From assembly GCA_035221665.1 (NCBI GenBank), contig CM069145.1, positions 7,006,001 through 7,070,000 of the forward strand: a stretch of 64,000 bases of DNA. Direction: 5' to 3'. Below are positions 1 to 11,605 of this stretch, piece after piece; the stretch's first letter is position 1; every line of letters starts with the position of its first letter. The DNA comes from Okamejei kenojei (Eukaryota). The position numbers were made by a program, and so were the translations under genes. The notes under the pieces are model-generated. The model worked only from the letters and a program-made list of their open reading frames with translations, did not search any database and was not told where the DNA came from.

Positions 1-194
1 TCTAGCTGGTGGTCTGCCGCCCGGAGCCCGAGCAGGATGCGGATGGCGATGCAGAAAGTGAGCGCCTTGGCGGCGGGGTAGACAGCGAGCGGGGCGCGTT
101 GCCGGCACCAGGCCTGGACCCGGGAGCGGACCAGCCGCTGGGTGCCGGGGATGTAACTGTCCAGGGCGGCGTGACTGAACACCCGGGCCAGCAT
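1..194 (-). CDS. CYP26C1: CYP26C1 coding exon 3 (partial, runs off the window start)
   Basis: Acceptor CCCCTGTGTTTGCAG|ATG. Manual translation gives MLARVFSHAALDSYIPGTQRLVRSRVQAWCRQRAPLAVYPAAKALTFCIAIRILLGLRAADHQL. The LARVFS.AAL and KALTF..A.RILLGLR segments resemble CYP26C1 more than CYP26A1 or CYP26B1. This frame is absent from the ORF track. Confidence 0.92.
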   Translation of the reverse strand, partial: MLARVFSHAALDSYIPGTQRLVRSRVQAWCRQRAPLAVYPAAKALTFCIAIRILLGLRAADHQL

Positions 195-489
195 CTGCAA
201 ACACAGGGGGAGCGAGCGTGAGACCAGTCAGGGCACACACCCGCCGGGAGATCTGGTCCAAATGCTCAAACAACCGAGTCAAACAAGACCCAGAAATCCA
301 TCCACCGGTCTGCCATTTGTATATAGTCAATTAATCCAGGCTTTTTAAAACAAATCGTGTCTGCATGCAGGAGCCCTCCCCGCGACTCGGTGCCATTTCG
401 TGCAACCCCCCCCCCCCCCACTAATTGCTGGAGGAACTGAGCGGGTTGAGCAGTGTCCATGGAAGGAAAGCGATACTGACTTACACCGA

Positions 490-668
490 TGCCGGAGTAA
501 CTCAGCGGGACAGGCAGCGTCTCTGGGCAGAAGGAATGGATGATGTTTCGGGTCGAGATGCTTCTTCTGGTCTCAACCCTTCTCCCCAGAGATGCTGCCT
601 GTCCCGCTGAGCTACTCCAGCATTGTGTGTGCATCTTCGGTGTAAACCAGCAGCGGCAGTTTCTTCCG
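490..668. mobile_element. Short fold-back Penelope terminal-repeat element in CYP26C1 intron 2 (older related fragments at about 425-470 and 870-985)
   Basis: Inverted arms GGAGTAACTCAGCGGGACAGGCAGC...GCTGCCTGTCCCGCTGAGCTACTCC plus a one-sided GTAAACCAGCAGCGGCAGTT tail. The same sequence ends the GIY-YIG-containing copies elsewhere in the window. Confidence 0.75.
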
Positions 669-1059
669 ACGCAGCATTATCTTTGATATGTTCCCCAATC
701 AAAATATACTGCCGCCAACTATTGAAGTGAAGCTATACCCCTCTCCATTTTCCAGCAGTTTCTAGAAGATTGTTGTTCAGTGCAATAAATGTAAATAGCT
801 AATGATGCCCTTGGAACTAATTTATACCATGACCCTGGACTGATGTAATTTTCGCTTTTTACCGACTGCTAAATAGATGACGCTGCGGTTTTGGGTCGAG
901 ACACTGCATCCAGATGTTGCCCGACCCGCTGAGTTCTTCCAGCGGTTTGTGTGGGTTTTGTTTTTTTGCTCCAGATGCCAGCATGTGTCTGTGTTGTTGC
1001 CACTGGCAGCCGGCGGTGTGTGAGGAAGGGGGTGGCTCGGCGCCAGTGCAGCTACTTGC

Positions 1060-1284
1060 CCTCCTCCTGTGGCGGTGCAGCTCCCCGCTGGAGTTGGCCA
1101 GGGTGTTGGTGCCCAGCAGGATCCTGGTGCTGAGCGGCCACTGGGCGCTCACCAGACTGTGCTCGCCCATCAGGATCTTGCGGATGTTCTCGGCGCCCGT
1201 CACTCGGATCACCGGCCTGCCCAGCAGGTGCGTCTTGAAGACGTTCCCATATTTCTCTCTCCTGGAAGCGTGGAAGTTGGCACC
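1060..1284 (-). CDS. CYP26C1: CYP26C1 coding exon 2
   Basis: Acceptor ..CGGCAG|GGT. 225 nt encoding [75 protein letters not shown], with the CYP26 signature [21 protein letters not shown]. Ends at AGG|GCAAGT (GC donor). Confidence 0.93.
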
Positions 1285-1689
1285 CTGCCGCAAGGAAGGG
1301 AGAAGTCACCGGGAATCGAGGGCTGGGAATCATTCTAACTGCCCCCTCTAAACTGCTTCCGACGTCTGAAGACACCTGTAATTAACAATGAGTGCTTCCG
1401 AATGCTTGGGATTGAGCCTTCAATCACGCCTCGCCGCTGAGAACACAAACCCGCAAACCCACAAACCATTCTCATGCCCCAGTCAGCAGCGAGCGCCCAC
1501 AGCTTGCTGCCCGAGCTGCATTTGGAGCGGGTTCCCCCCGCAATGTCAAACCGGGCGGGCTCTGCGTGGGACGGTTCACAAACCAAGACACAGGGGTCTG
1601 CACGCTGCCACTTCGTTGCTATTCGCCACTTCCTTACCGTCCCCTCATCTGGAATATTACAAATCAGTCCATTATTTCTCTATAATTAG

Positions 1690-1868
1690 ACACAAAATGC
1701 TGGAGTAACTGACTCCGCGGGTCGGCCAGCATCTCCGGGGAGAAGGAATGGGTGAAGACACGTGTTCATTCCTTCTCTCCAGAGAAGCTGCCTGTCCCGC
1801 GGAGTTAGTTACTCCAGCATTTTGATTCTATCTTCAGTGTAAACCAGCAGCGGCAGTTCCTTCCTGCG
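1690..1868. mobile_element. Short fold-back Penelope terminal-repeat element in CYP26C1 intron 1
   Basis: Arms 1693-1750 and 1767-1824 are near-perfect reverse complements, followed by a tail to about 1868. Confidence 0.8.
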
Positions 1869-2348
1869 CAATTATTACTGTGCTCTCTGTGTGGGTAATC
1901 TGCCGACATAGACCTGAGCTTCAGTGAACGCGTGCATGTGGAGATTGGATAGTTTCCTTTCGGAAGGCAAAACTCGGCACTAAGGTAAACTCGACCAAAC
2001 GGATTCCCCCACGAGTTTATGAAGACTTAAAAAAAATAAACACAATTTTTGGAGGGATGTGATGGTCATATTATGACACCACCGTGTTTGGACTTTCTCG
2101 GGAGCAGTAAGGGATGGGGATGCACATCTACCAATATAGATGAGACGCGCAGAAAGGAACGCTGGTGACTGCATTTCGCTGCATTTCTATAATATCAAAG
2201 TACGAGTGTTCGCCAAGTGAAACCACCAAAAGCCAAACAGTAATTGAGCAGGGCGGACGCCCAGGTTAACTGCCCCACCCCTTGATATAAAACACCTCTC
2301 GGGCAGGATTATCCGCTTCGCTGCCGACTAGTGCCGACTCTTCCATAC

Positions 2349-2552
2349 CTGTACCATCCAGTGCAGCGTCTCTCCGAGTAGCGGCCAGCCCATGGAGCCT
2401 TTGGGAAGCGGCAGCTTGCTGTCCCTGTCTCTGGTCACGTTCCAGGCGAGGGTCCACAGCTGTCTGGACACGGCGAGCAGAAGCAGCGCCGACAGCAACG
2501 AGGCGAGAGCCGTAGCCAGCGCCGAGGGGTAGTCAATCCCCAACAGGAACAT
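2349..2552 (-). CDS. CYP26C1: CYP26C1 coding exon 1 (N-terminal membrane anchor and proline-rich hinge)
   Basis: ATG at 2552 (context GCCATG). Encodes [68 protein letters not shown], the typical CYP26 N-terminus with [11 protein letters not shown]. 204 nt, phase 0, followed by donor CAG|GTATGG. Confidence 0.95.
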
Positions 2553-4800
2553 GGCCAGCAACCAACTCGTTTCACAGCGTGGATGGAAACGTCGGCCGCG
2601 TCCCCGAGAACTTGGTCTCAATAACAAGGGTTTATTATTAAAACGACGCTTCTGTCTCGCTGTGGATGAGCTACCTTCGGCCGATCTTCAACCCCCGCTC
2701 GTATCCTACACACAGAAGATTCATATACTCTCAGAAAAAAATATAAACCACTAGAACCGCCAAAGAAACGATCGTCCCTGAAAATGTCCACTAGAATGGC
2801 AGAGATTGAAATGAAAACTTACCCTATAAACAAATACAATCCGTTGGAACTGTTTTAATTGTGTGTTTAGTCGTTAACGAAGGGCACGTCTTTAAACGAG
2901 AAAAACAGGAAAACAAGTTTTATAAAGACTATTATTTTAAAGAATACATTTACTTCGTGTTCCGGGTCAATTGGGTCGCGGTTGTCAATGAGAATCCGCG
3001 GAACGCAGCCCGTTTGTTCTCTATCACCATTTACAGAAACAACTCTCTTTAAAGCTATATTTCCAGAGCATTTGAATGCAATGCTAAGCAAGCAAGCAAG
3101 CATGATAAAGCTGCTGACCCACACGTATCCCGTCATTTGTTCAACAGAGCAACAACACGTGGTTTATTCGGCGCAGGGCAGCGCAGGGAGCTCATATTTT
3201 TGAAGACTGGATATTATTGTTGGAAATTATCTTCTGTTTGTTCAGGTCTATTTGGGAATAGGATTAACCAGAACCCCTAATGGCAACGCCGCGCCTTACA
3301 ATTCAACGCACATACGCAAGATGCTTTATACGGAAGAGTCTACAAACGATCACTTATTTAAGCTGGGCAGGAGTATGGTTAACATTGAGACAACAGCACG
3401 TGTTAAAGAGAGATGATCAACACGACATTAGGTTGGAACAGTTCTCCCATTAACCGATTTGTTATTAGTTGGTTTAATTCGAATATGTTGGTTTAAGTTG
3501 GACCTTGACATTTGCCAATGGGGTGAATATTACAGTGTGTTGGGTGAATGGGACCGTGGGTCTGCCGGCCAGTTCTCCACGATCACATACATCAGCGCTG
3601 GGCTCAATCCCAGACAAGACCCGGCGACAACACGTGAACATTTGCAGTCCGTATTCACACGTGTCAGCGAAAGAGTGGAAACAAATAACAGATTCGCTAA
3701 CGAGAGAAACCACCTGAAAAAAAAAAACAACTTACTCTGGTGATGAAAGTGCAACTAGGATGAGTCGGTCGGCTTTGCCAGATAGCGCAGTAGTTTTCGA
3801 TTAAATTTCCACCAAAAACCTGTTCCGCATGAGTATTGGAGTGTTTCTGTGTCCAGCGGTTTTACAGATATTCGCGAACCGGACCATCCACCTCCTCGGA
3901 TGACGTCGTTGGTCAATTTAAATTCTTTGTAAAGCTGCAACAAGCAGGTTGTGAGTGTCCATGTGATGCCACGTTAGAAGGATTTGGGTGGCATTGATCG
4001 CAATGATTAGAGTGGAAGGAAGCGAGAAAGACTTGAGTGGGGAGAGCAGACAGTGCATCAGATCACTGAAGCTGTCGGGACTCGAGAGTGGTTCAATGAG
4101 AGAAGACAGGTAACCAATAGCAGGAACTGCCAGCTCCATGTCTACACAGGCAGCCACTGCTCTAGATTCCAACAGAGACCAGTCAGTAAACCCCAAAGAA
4201 AACCGCGCCACGCCCCCCCCCCCCCCCCCCCAATCTCCCCTCCCTCCCTCCCTCCCCCTCCCTCCCAGAGGCAACCCGATCGCACACTTTTTCTGCGGTT
4301 CTGACGAAGGCTGACCGCTTCGTTGTGTTAAGCAGACAGTTGAACCCTGGAGTAAAGTCGGCAGCTGGAGGCGATCCTAAACCATGTCAATTTTAAGATG
4401 CTTCACAAACAAGGAAACACACCAGTTTTTTCTGCTAATCTGCATCTATTTAATATCTGGGAGGAGGGGTCACAAAAATCTACAGTATCGATTAAAATCT
4501 ACAGTATCGATTAAAAGAGGCTCTTTTGCGTGGCCGGTGCTCGGCCATGGGCGAATGAATGCCTGTTTCACGAGATTCGCGCCGTCTCACCGCACCTGAT
4601 GTAAACCATGAGGTACCGAGCACAAGCCATTGAGACGGGGCTACAAACACCAGGCCTTTATGCATCATCAGTGCATGTGTCTATCGCGGTGTATTGACCT
4701 GGACACCCCACACCAGCCAGAATCACCCTGAATTATCGGGAGCGCCAAGTTGCCTCAAAGTAGGGCGCCTGTCCACTTATATTTCCCCCAACAAACTAAA
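2553..4800 (-). promoter_or_regulatory. CpG-rich 5' leader and promoter region of CYP26C1
   Basis: Lies directly upstream of the ATG, is CpG-rich and free of recognisable transposons, and has a C-rich/GC-box-like tract at 4205-4266. The transcription start site cannot be placed from sequence alone. Confidence 0.55.
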
Positions 4801-5684
4801 CAGTAAGAATGACAAATGATTTGGAACAATGATGTGCGGTGTTGCTCGTTGGCCTTCACTTATAGTGAGGGCTGTCCCATAACCACTTACCCAGCTGTAA
4901 TGCCTTCTCCACTGCTGAAACATAATTAATTATGCGGTTTAAAAGTAATCCGAATTAAAAATTATCAACAACTTTAAATAATTCATACCAGCATCAAATA
5001 TGCAGTTTAACTTTATATTTCAAAACACCCCCAAGATAAATTATTAGCAGACACAAGGTACATAAATGTCTGATTGGGTATGTTTCACCTTCATTAAATT
5101 GAAACGAGAATCTGATGAACATTTACAGGTGGAGAGATTGAAACCAACCTGACAATCAGTTTCAACAGGTTGGCAATATGGAAGAAAGCTAGTGCAAATC
5201 GGAGTAATAGATTGTTTAATAATTTACAGTCTATTATTGTTTTAACGTGCAAATCCTAAAAGCATATGCTTATCACATATGATACCGAATTGCTGGTTCA
5301 GTAATTTACAGCCCGCCGCGCTGCCGGCACTGTACCGTGATAGATAGTCCCTTCTCACGTTAGCTGCATTTTCTGTCCAACCTCAATTTTTCTCCAACAC
5401 GTTTTACGATCATCTACAGCACAATATTACTAACCTGGTCTCTGACGCAGTCGATATTTTTTACATATGCCCAAGGTTTCCCTGACATCAGAATACTCTA
5501 GACACCTTTGAAATAGTTGCTCTCCTCCAGATTTATTTTCCTCCCAGCAGAGATTTGAGTGGTTTTGGATTTAATCATCCGCCATGGGGTTTGTCTTTCC
5601 GAACTGTTCCTCCTTAACGCAGACCACCAACTGTGAGAGCGTACTGCATCCAAATCCTTGAAAATACCACTTGAAAGCAGAGGG

Positions 5685-5893
5685 NNNNNNNNNNNNNNNN
5701 NNNNNNNNNNNNNNNNNNNNNNNNNNNNNNNNNNNNNNNNNNNNNNNNNNNNNNNNNNNNNNNNNNNNNNNNNNNNNNNNNNNNNNNNNNNNNNNNNNNN
5801 NNNNNNNNNNNNNNNNNNNNNNNNNNNNNNNNNNNNNNNNNNNNNNNNNNNNNNNNNNNNNNNNNNNNNNNNNNNNNNNNNNNNNNNNNNNNN
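5685..5893. other. Assembly gap (209 N)
   Basis: Run of N bases. Confidence 1.
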
Positions 5894-8800
5894 ATAAACT
5901 TGATTTTTTTTAAATCAAATTCTCATACAATTTCTATTAAGTGAACTCTTTCATTTGTTTTTAACTTAATGCATACGGGGTTATACAAAACTCGGGGGGT
6001 GGGCGTTCGAGTATTTTCTGGGTTTAGTTCTGTGTTACATTCGGCTTTTTTTTTCACAAAAGGTGATCAACCTTTTCTTAGCTGATTTTGTCCCTTCATA
6101 CCTCATTTTGAATTTATCATCCGCAGTTCATCACCCAGTTCCAGGTGCATTGTCTCATTTCCCGTCCCCAGTTATTGAAAACACCTGTTGGAATTTGTTG
6201 GTGTAGTTTATAATTGTGTGTGTGTGTGTCCCTTTACCAGTAACAAGAAACATCCAGTCTCCCGAGGGAAGGGTTCTTTCCCACTCGGCTCCAGAAACCC
6301 ATCCTCACAATCCTCTTGTGCCTTTTTTTTCTGTTTGGTCAGCCTTTTCCCAATCAATTAAAACTATTTAAGTTGCTGTCATTCCGTTCCTTTGAATGTC
6401 GCTCGGAAATGTGCTTCCCCTCAATATGGAATCAATCCCCTTCCAAGGCCCTAAGTTATACCTGCCTTTCTTCTACCTGACGTGACCAGATATCACAGTT
6501 GCACGACTCGCGGCAACTTGAAACATTTAGCTCAATCGTGAAATATATACATTTAACTTCTCTGCTTCAATATTAAAGACATATCTTCACGTTAACATTT
6601 GAAATATTACAAACAAGGAGATTTTACAAATTCACGCTATGTAACACAATTAATGTATCTACATTTTCCTGGGCATTAAAATATTAATATAAAATGAATA
6701 CATTCTCGAGTGAACTGGCAATTTAAAAGCACTTGCGTTTGCATTGCATTTTTGGCACTCCCGTGAGAATGTTTTTGAAGTTCTTTATTGCGCTTTTTGA
6801 TTGTGGGCCTTGTGTAGGAATGCGGCAGCACATTTGACAGCTTCCACAGTGCGGTAACGACCAGATAATCTGCTTCCTTTCTTGTGTGTTGTTTCGTTAT
6901 TAGCCAGAACATTGGGGATAGCACTCACATTCAACTGCTGCCACGGGATCCATGGCACTCCTTGGTTTATAACATGGTCTCAATGAGCACCACTTTGGAG
7001 AATTCATCTAACTTCTATTTGGTGCTCAAGTGAATCTTAAATCCCCAACTTTCTATTCAGAGACATGATTTGGCCGACGCCATCTTAACCTGTTTCTTAC
7101 TATAAGCGAACTATTTTGAAATTCGCGCATGCATCCAAGATGTCGTGATTATTACTCAGGAAAACATTTGCACAAAGTAGAAAAAAACGTGCACGTCTAA
7201 TTCAAGTCAACACACAAAACCAAACACAAAACGTCATGTGCACAATTTCAGGTTTAACCACTATGTCCCGTTACGTCAGGTGGTTTTCCAGTGGAATCAT
7301 TTTGACAAAAGCCATGGTGGAATTTCCAGTCAAGCATCACCTTGCTTTTAACTCGGGTCTGTCTTCCATTCAAACTCCCACCTCGGGATTAGCTTTTTGC
7401 GCATGCCTGCCTACCTGTAAACATGAGCCGCTTGTTTCCGCCTGCCTGCATTCTCCAAAGCATCGATCTTTGGAAATGGAGACACGGTAACGTCCTGACT
7501 GTGGAGACGCCATCTCCAAGAATATGCAGTGCCGGGATCTGTACAGGATTCTTACTGTTCAGGACTTCTTGAAGTCGGTCTGGCGCTTCACTGGAATTAA
7601 ATTCCACATGGTGAAACTCTGAAAGGAGTGAGACTGAGTCTTTCAGAGTTTAACGGGATTTTACGAGGGAGTCAGGTACAGAGTTTGTACACATTTTACG
7701 AGGGAGTCAGGTGCAGAGTTTAACTTTCAGAGTTTAACAGGATTTTATATTCTTTAGTTCGGTATCCCTTGTTTTTGCAATGCAAGCGTATTAAAACAAA
7801 ACTTTAACAAAGAAATTGCTTAAAAGTTACGAAAGGCACAAAAAACCCGTGTGCTTCATCACAAAGCAACACGTCGTGGTCTAAAAAATGCAAAAGATCA
7901 AGGCTTTTTCAGCCTAATCCACTTGGGCAGCAGCAGCTTAGTTTACAAGCAGCGGCAGAGCGCTGGCAGGGGGATGTGAAATAATGCCTTCATTGCATTC
8001 GATCTCGCTGCTTCAGGAATACCGCTTCTTTCCATGTTTCTTTTCAACACAATTAGGGGACGGGTTGTTTCATCTTTTGATAAATTAATCTCTGCGTCAG
8101 AAATTCATTTGGCTCCCATTTCGTAATCCGAAAGCAATTTTAAAGATCGGCTCTGCACTCGTCCGCACTCCCCCGTTTCTCTCCATATCTACCGGACATG
8201 AGTTGTAATTCGACAACAACAAACAACTCACGAGTGTCCATTGGGTATTTTCTTTATTGAGTTCGTCCTTTGCCGCAAACCTCTCTCCCCGATATGATTC
8301 AGGCCACACACAACACACACACACACCGACACATGCCCCACGTCCACAGGAGAAACAGAACACGGATTCGCCCGGAGTGAGACGGAACACATCATACGGT
8401 TCTCTTCTTCCTTGGAGACATTTAAAACGTGTTTACGGAAACAAAACCAGTCCTTTCATCAAGGTCCTGAGCAGTTTTGTAGACAAAACCTCGTGTTATT
8501 TAAAAAACAAACCCATCCTTCGTTCAATCGCACATCCGAAGGCAGCCTTCAAATGTAATCGGTCATGTAGGAGCGCACATCCGAAGACATCTGTCAGTTT
8601 TGCTGTGTGTGGGTTATGTAACACAACCCAATAGAAAAACCCAAGGGCCGGCACGAGAGGAGTGTTAGTGTGAACGGATCGCCTAGGTTTTGTAACATCG
8701 AATGTAGGTTTATGTGTCGTGTAATGAAACTACCCGCGTTCCAAAATGCATGTTGCTTCCAGCCAATGCCACCAAAACTCATTGTGAAAGAGTTGCTTCA

Positions 8801-9194
8801 GGTTGTGATTTTTTTTCCTGGCGCTTAATATGAGGCTACATTTGCCTGATAGTGATTGTGTTTACTGCTGCATTCGTATAAGTAGCTTTTCTTTAAGTCA
8901 AGGAGCTACTTTAGGGAAAGAAGCATTGAAGCCAGCATAAAGACAATTCATATGAAACCAACATCACATCTAGTTGAACAAAGGGAGCAAAAAAAATCCC
9001 AAACAGGATGGAGAGGAAACTGTTATTTTTTAATAGGGATGCAAATATACCTAATTGTGGCCACGTTTAAAGTTTAATCTCTTCACGACTAAAAAAAATA
9101 TTTTAAGTTATTGGTAATCAACCGAGTGGGTCTTTTGTCGCTGCAATGATTTGTCAGCAAGACATTAAAAAATAATCAGTAAATAATAACTTGT

Positions 9195-9335
9195 TTAAGA
9201 AGGAACTGCAGATGCTGGAAAAATCGAAAGTAGACAAAAAATGCTGGAGAAACCCAGCGGGTGAGGCAACATCTGTGGAGAAAAGGAGCAGGCGACGTTT
9301 CGGGTCGAGACCCTTCCTCAGACAATAACTGAGTT
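9195..9335 (-). mobile_element. Penelope 3' terminal repeat fragment
   Basis: AAGAAGGAACTGCAGATGCTGG...GGCGACGTTTCGGGTCGAGACCCTTCCTCAGAC matches the terminus of the 17473-19005 element. Confidence 0.8.
9292..9323 (-). ncRNA. Minimal type-I hammerhead ribozyme motif (Penelope type), best-preserved copy
   Basis: Minus strand reads GT-CTGAGGA-A-GGGT(CTCG)ACCC-GAAAC-GTC-GC: both catalytic-core boxes, helix II, palindromic ACGT at helix III and a GUC cleavage triplet. Helix I is very short and activity is unknown. Confidence 0.6.
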
Positions 9336-9634
9336 ACTTTATTCAGAAATAACTCCCTAAATGGTGATAACGTAAAAGGCTTTCATATTGAACTTTTTTC
9401 ATTGGCTTTGCTTCTTTATAACAGAAAATGTACATTTTAAAAACGAATAATGTTTATATTTACACAATGTAAGCGCTGTAGCAACACTAAATTCTCCGTG
9501 AGGCAAATTGAAGATTGAAACTCAATCAAATGTATACATCCCCCTTTGCCAATAATGCCATTCAGAGTTAAAGAAAATGGAAGCATAAAAAACATGAACA
9601 TCCATAATCATCTAACCTGTCATTAAAGGAGTAG

Positions 9635-9635
<1 letters not shown>

Positions 9636-9666
<31 letters not shown>

Positions 9667-9713
9667 GCGTGTGCGTGTGCGTGTGTGTGTGTGGGGGGGG
9701 GGGGGGGGGGTGG
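9636..9713. repeat. Compound microsatellite (GT)n-(GCGTGT)n-(GT)n followed by poly-G
   Basis: Directly visible in the sequence. Confidence 0.95.
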
Positions 9714-10189
9714 GTCTTGGTAATAGTGCCCTATTGAATACCCTTCAAAATAAGTGTCTGGAGAGAGGGGCCCGCGCAGAGTTGCAAGGGGAAGCCACAT
9801 ATTTTCCCATTATTGTGTTGTGCCGCTACCGCCGTCTCAAAGCTATTCCTGTACTTGCTTTTCATTTACAACTGTTGTCCACTTTTCAAGGGCTTAAAGA
9901 GCTTCCTGTGCCTCTTGCCCAATACTATTGCTATCTCCACCTACTTCCCTGCTGGTTCTAACATTGCTAAGCGTCTGCACCCCTCATCACTTCAGTAACG
10001 TTGAATTGTGGAACAAATAAGCGCCACCGTATAATTTAACGCACAAAAAAACGATTTTTCCAGTGTTCTGTTTTCGTCCATGTTCAGTGATCATTTTCCA
10101 AAGGAATGAGATTTTTGGCAAAGTGACATTAAATATTATGTAGATGTCGATAGTAAAATTGTCAAATCAATCCAAGACAATGTAGGAAC

Positions 10190-11605
10190 AAAGAACTGCT
10201 GGTTTATGAACAAAGAAAAGTGCTGGAGTAACGCAGCAGATTAGGCAGCATCTCTGGAGAACAGTTAGGTGGCGGTTTGGGTAGGGATCCTTCTTCGGAC
10301 TGTTTGTGGTGCGGGAGTGTGGAAGAGGGGGGAGAAAGAAGGTGGAAGAGATGGGAAGGATAAAGTGTTGGCAAGTAGTAGGGGTCACAGAGGAGATGCA
10401 GGTGAGGGATTCATCTATGAGAGCAGTGGAGGAATACCATGTTTACTAAAGACAGAGGACATCTCGGATGCCCTAGAATGTAAAGCCTCGTCTTGGGAAC
10501 AGATGCAGTGGCGATGGAGAAATTGAGAGCAGGGAATAGCTTTTTTTTTTCCCCAAATTGCTGGGTGGGAGGAAGTGTAGTCCAGATAACTGTGGAAGTT
10601 AATAGGTTTGCAGTGACATCAGACTCTAGTCTTTCCCCCGAGGGAGACAGTGAGAACAAAAAAGAGGTTGGTGACAGAGATGATCCAAATGAATTCAAGG
10701 GCAGGGTGGACGTTAGTGGTAAAGTAAATTAAATCAACAAGTTCTGTGTGAGTGCGGGATGCAGCCCCCAAGCGGTCGTCGATGTAGTGGAGTTGGGGGG
10801 GATAGTCCCCGTGTGCATTTGGAAGAGGAGTGTCCCTCCACCCTTTCTCTCACCTCCACCCAGGGACCCCAGCATTCCCTCCAGGTGAGACTGAGGTTTA
10901 CGCGGACCTCGTCTAACCTCATTTACTGCATCCAATGTTCACGATGTGGCCACACGTACATTAAGTGTCAACTCAGCGACCATTTCAGCCAACACCTGCA
11001 CTTGGTCCACCAAGGCCTACTGGATATCCCAGTTGGTAACATTTTAACTACTCATCCCATTCCCATATTGACCTTCCTGTCTTGGGCCTCCTCCAAAGCC
11101 AGAAGGCCACCACACATAAACTGGATGCACAGCACCTCATATTCCGCTCGGGCAACTTACACCCCAACAGCATGAATATTGAATTCTCCAATTTTAGTTA
11201 ACTTCAGGCCCCTCTGCTCCCTCCCACCTTCATTCCCTACACCTATTTCTTCCCCTCCCCTCCAATCTATGTCCCATCTGGACTCGCACCTATTACGCTC
11301 TTCCCCGTCCATCTCCATTCCTTCATCTTGCTTCACAATTTGCAACTCTTCAATCCTTTTGTCTCACACCTTCTATCTTTTAATCTCTAGCCTTTCTCCA
11401 ACCATCTGCCTATCAGACCCCTACCCCTCACCTGTATCTACCTATTACTTGCCAGGCTTCAACATGTTCCTCCTCTCTTCCAGCTTTCTTCCCTTCCTTC
11501 CCCCCCACCACAATCAGTCTGAAGAAGGGTCCCAACGCAAAACATCACCTATCTATGTTCTCAAGATGTGCTACCTGACCCACTGAGCTACTCCAGCACT
11601 GTGTC
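10190..11605. mobile_element. Degenerate Penelope-like element with inverted 5' part (minus about 10190-10810, plus about 10810-11605)
   Basis: The plus part encodes a GIY-YIG remnant (RFTRTSSNLIYCIQCSRCG..YI; ORF 10759..11175). The terminal repeat is present at both outer ends in opposite orientation. Confidence 0.8.

Noticed and set aside
859-1293. 144-aa ORF as a complete gene
   Set aside because: Only 1060-1284 is CYP26-like. The remainder is intron read-through into repeat sequence.
1-2552. Assignment as CYP26B1 or CYP26A1, with EXOC6B as neighbour
   Set aside because: Exon 3 (LARVFS.AAL..KALTF) and the neighbour's FMVWDW and RSLVNGMSQH segments fit CYP26C1 and EXOC6 better. A phylogeny would confirm this.
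5658-5913. ORFs spanning the poly-X region
   Set aside because: Artefacts of the N gap.
9635-9961. 108-aa ORF with CV/RV repeats
   Set aside because: Translation of a microsatellite.
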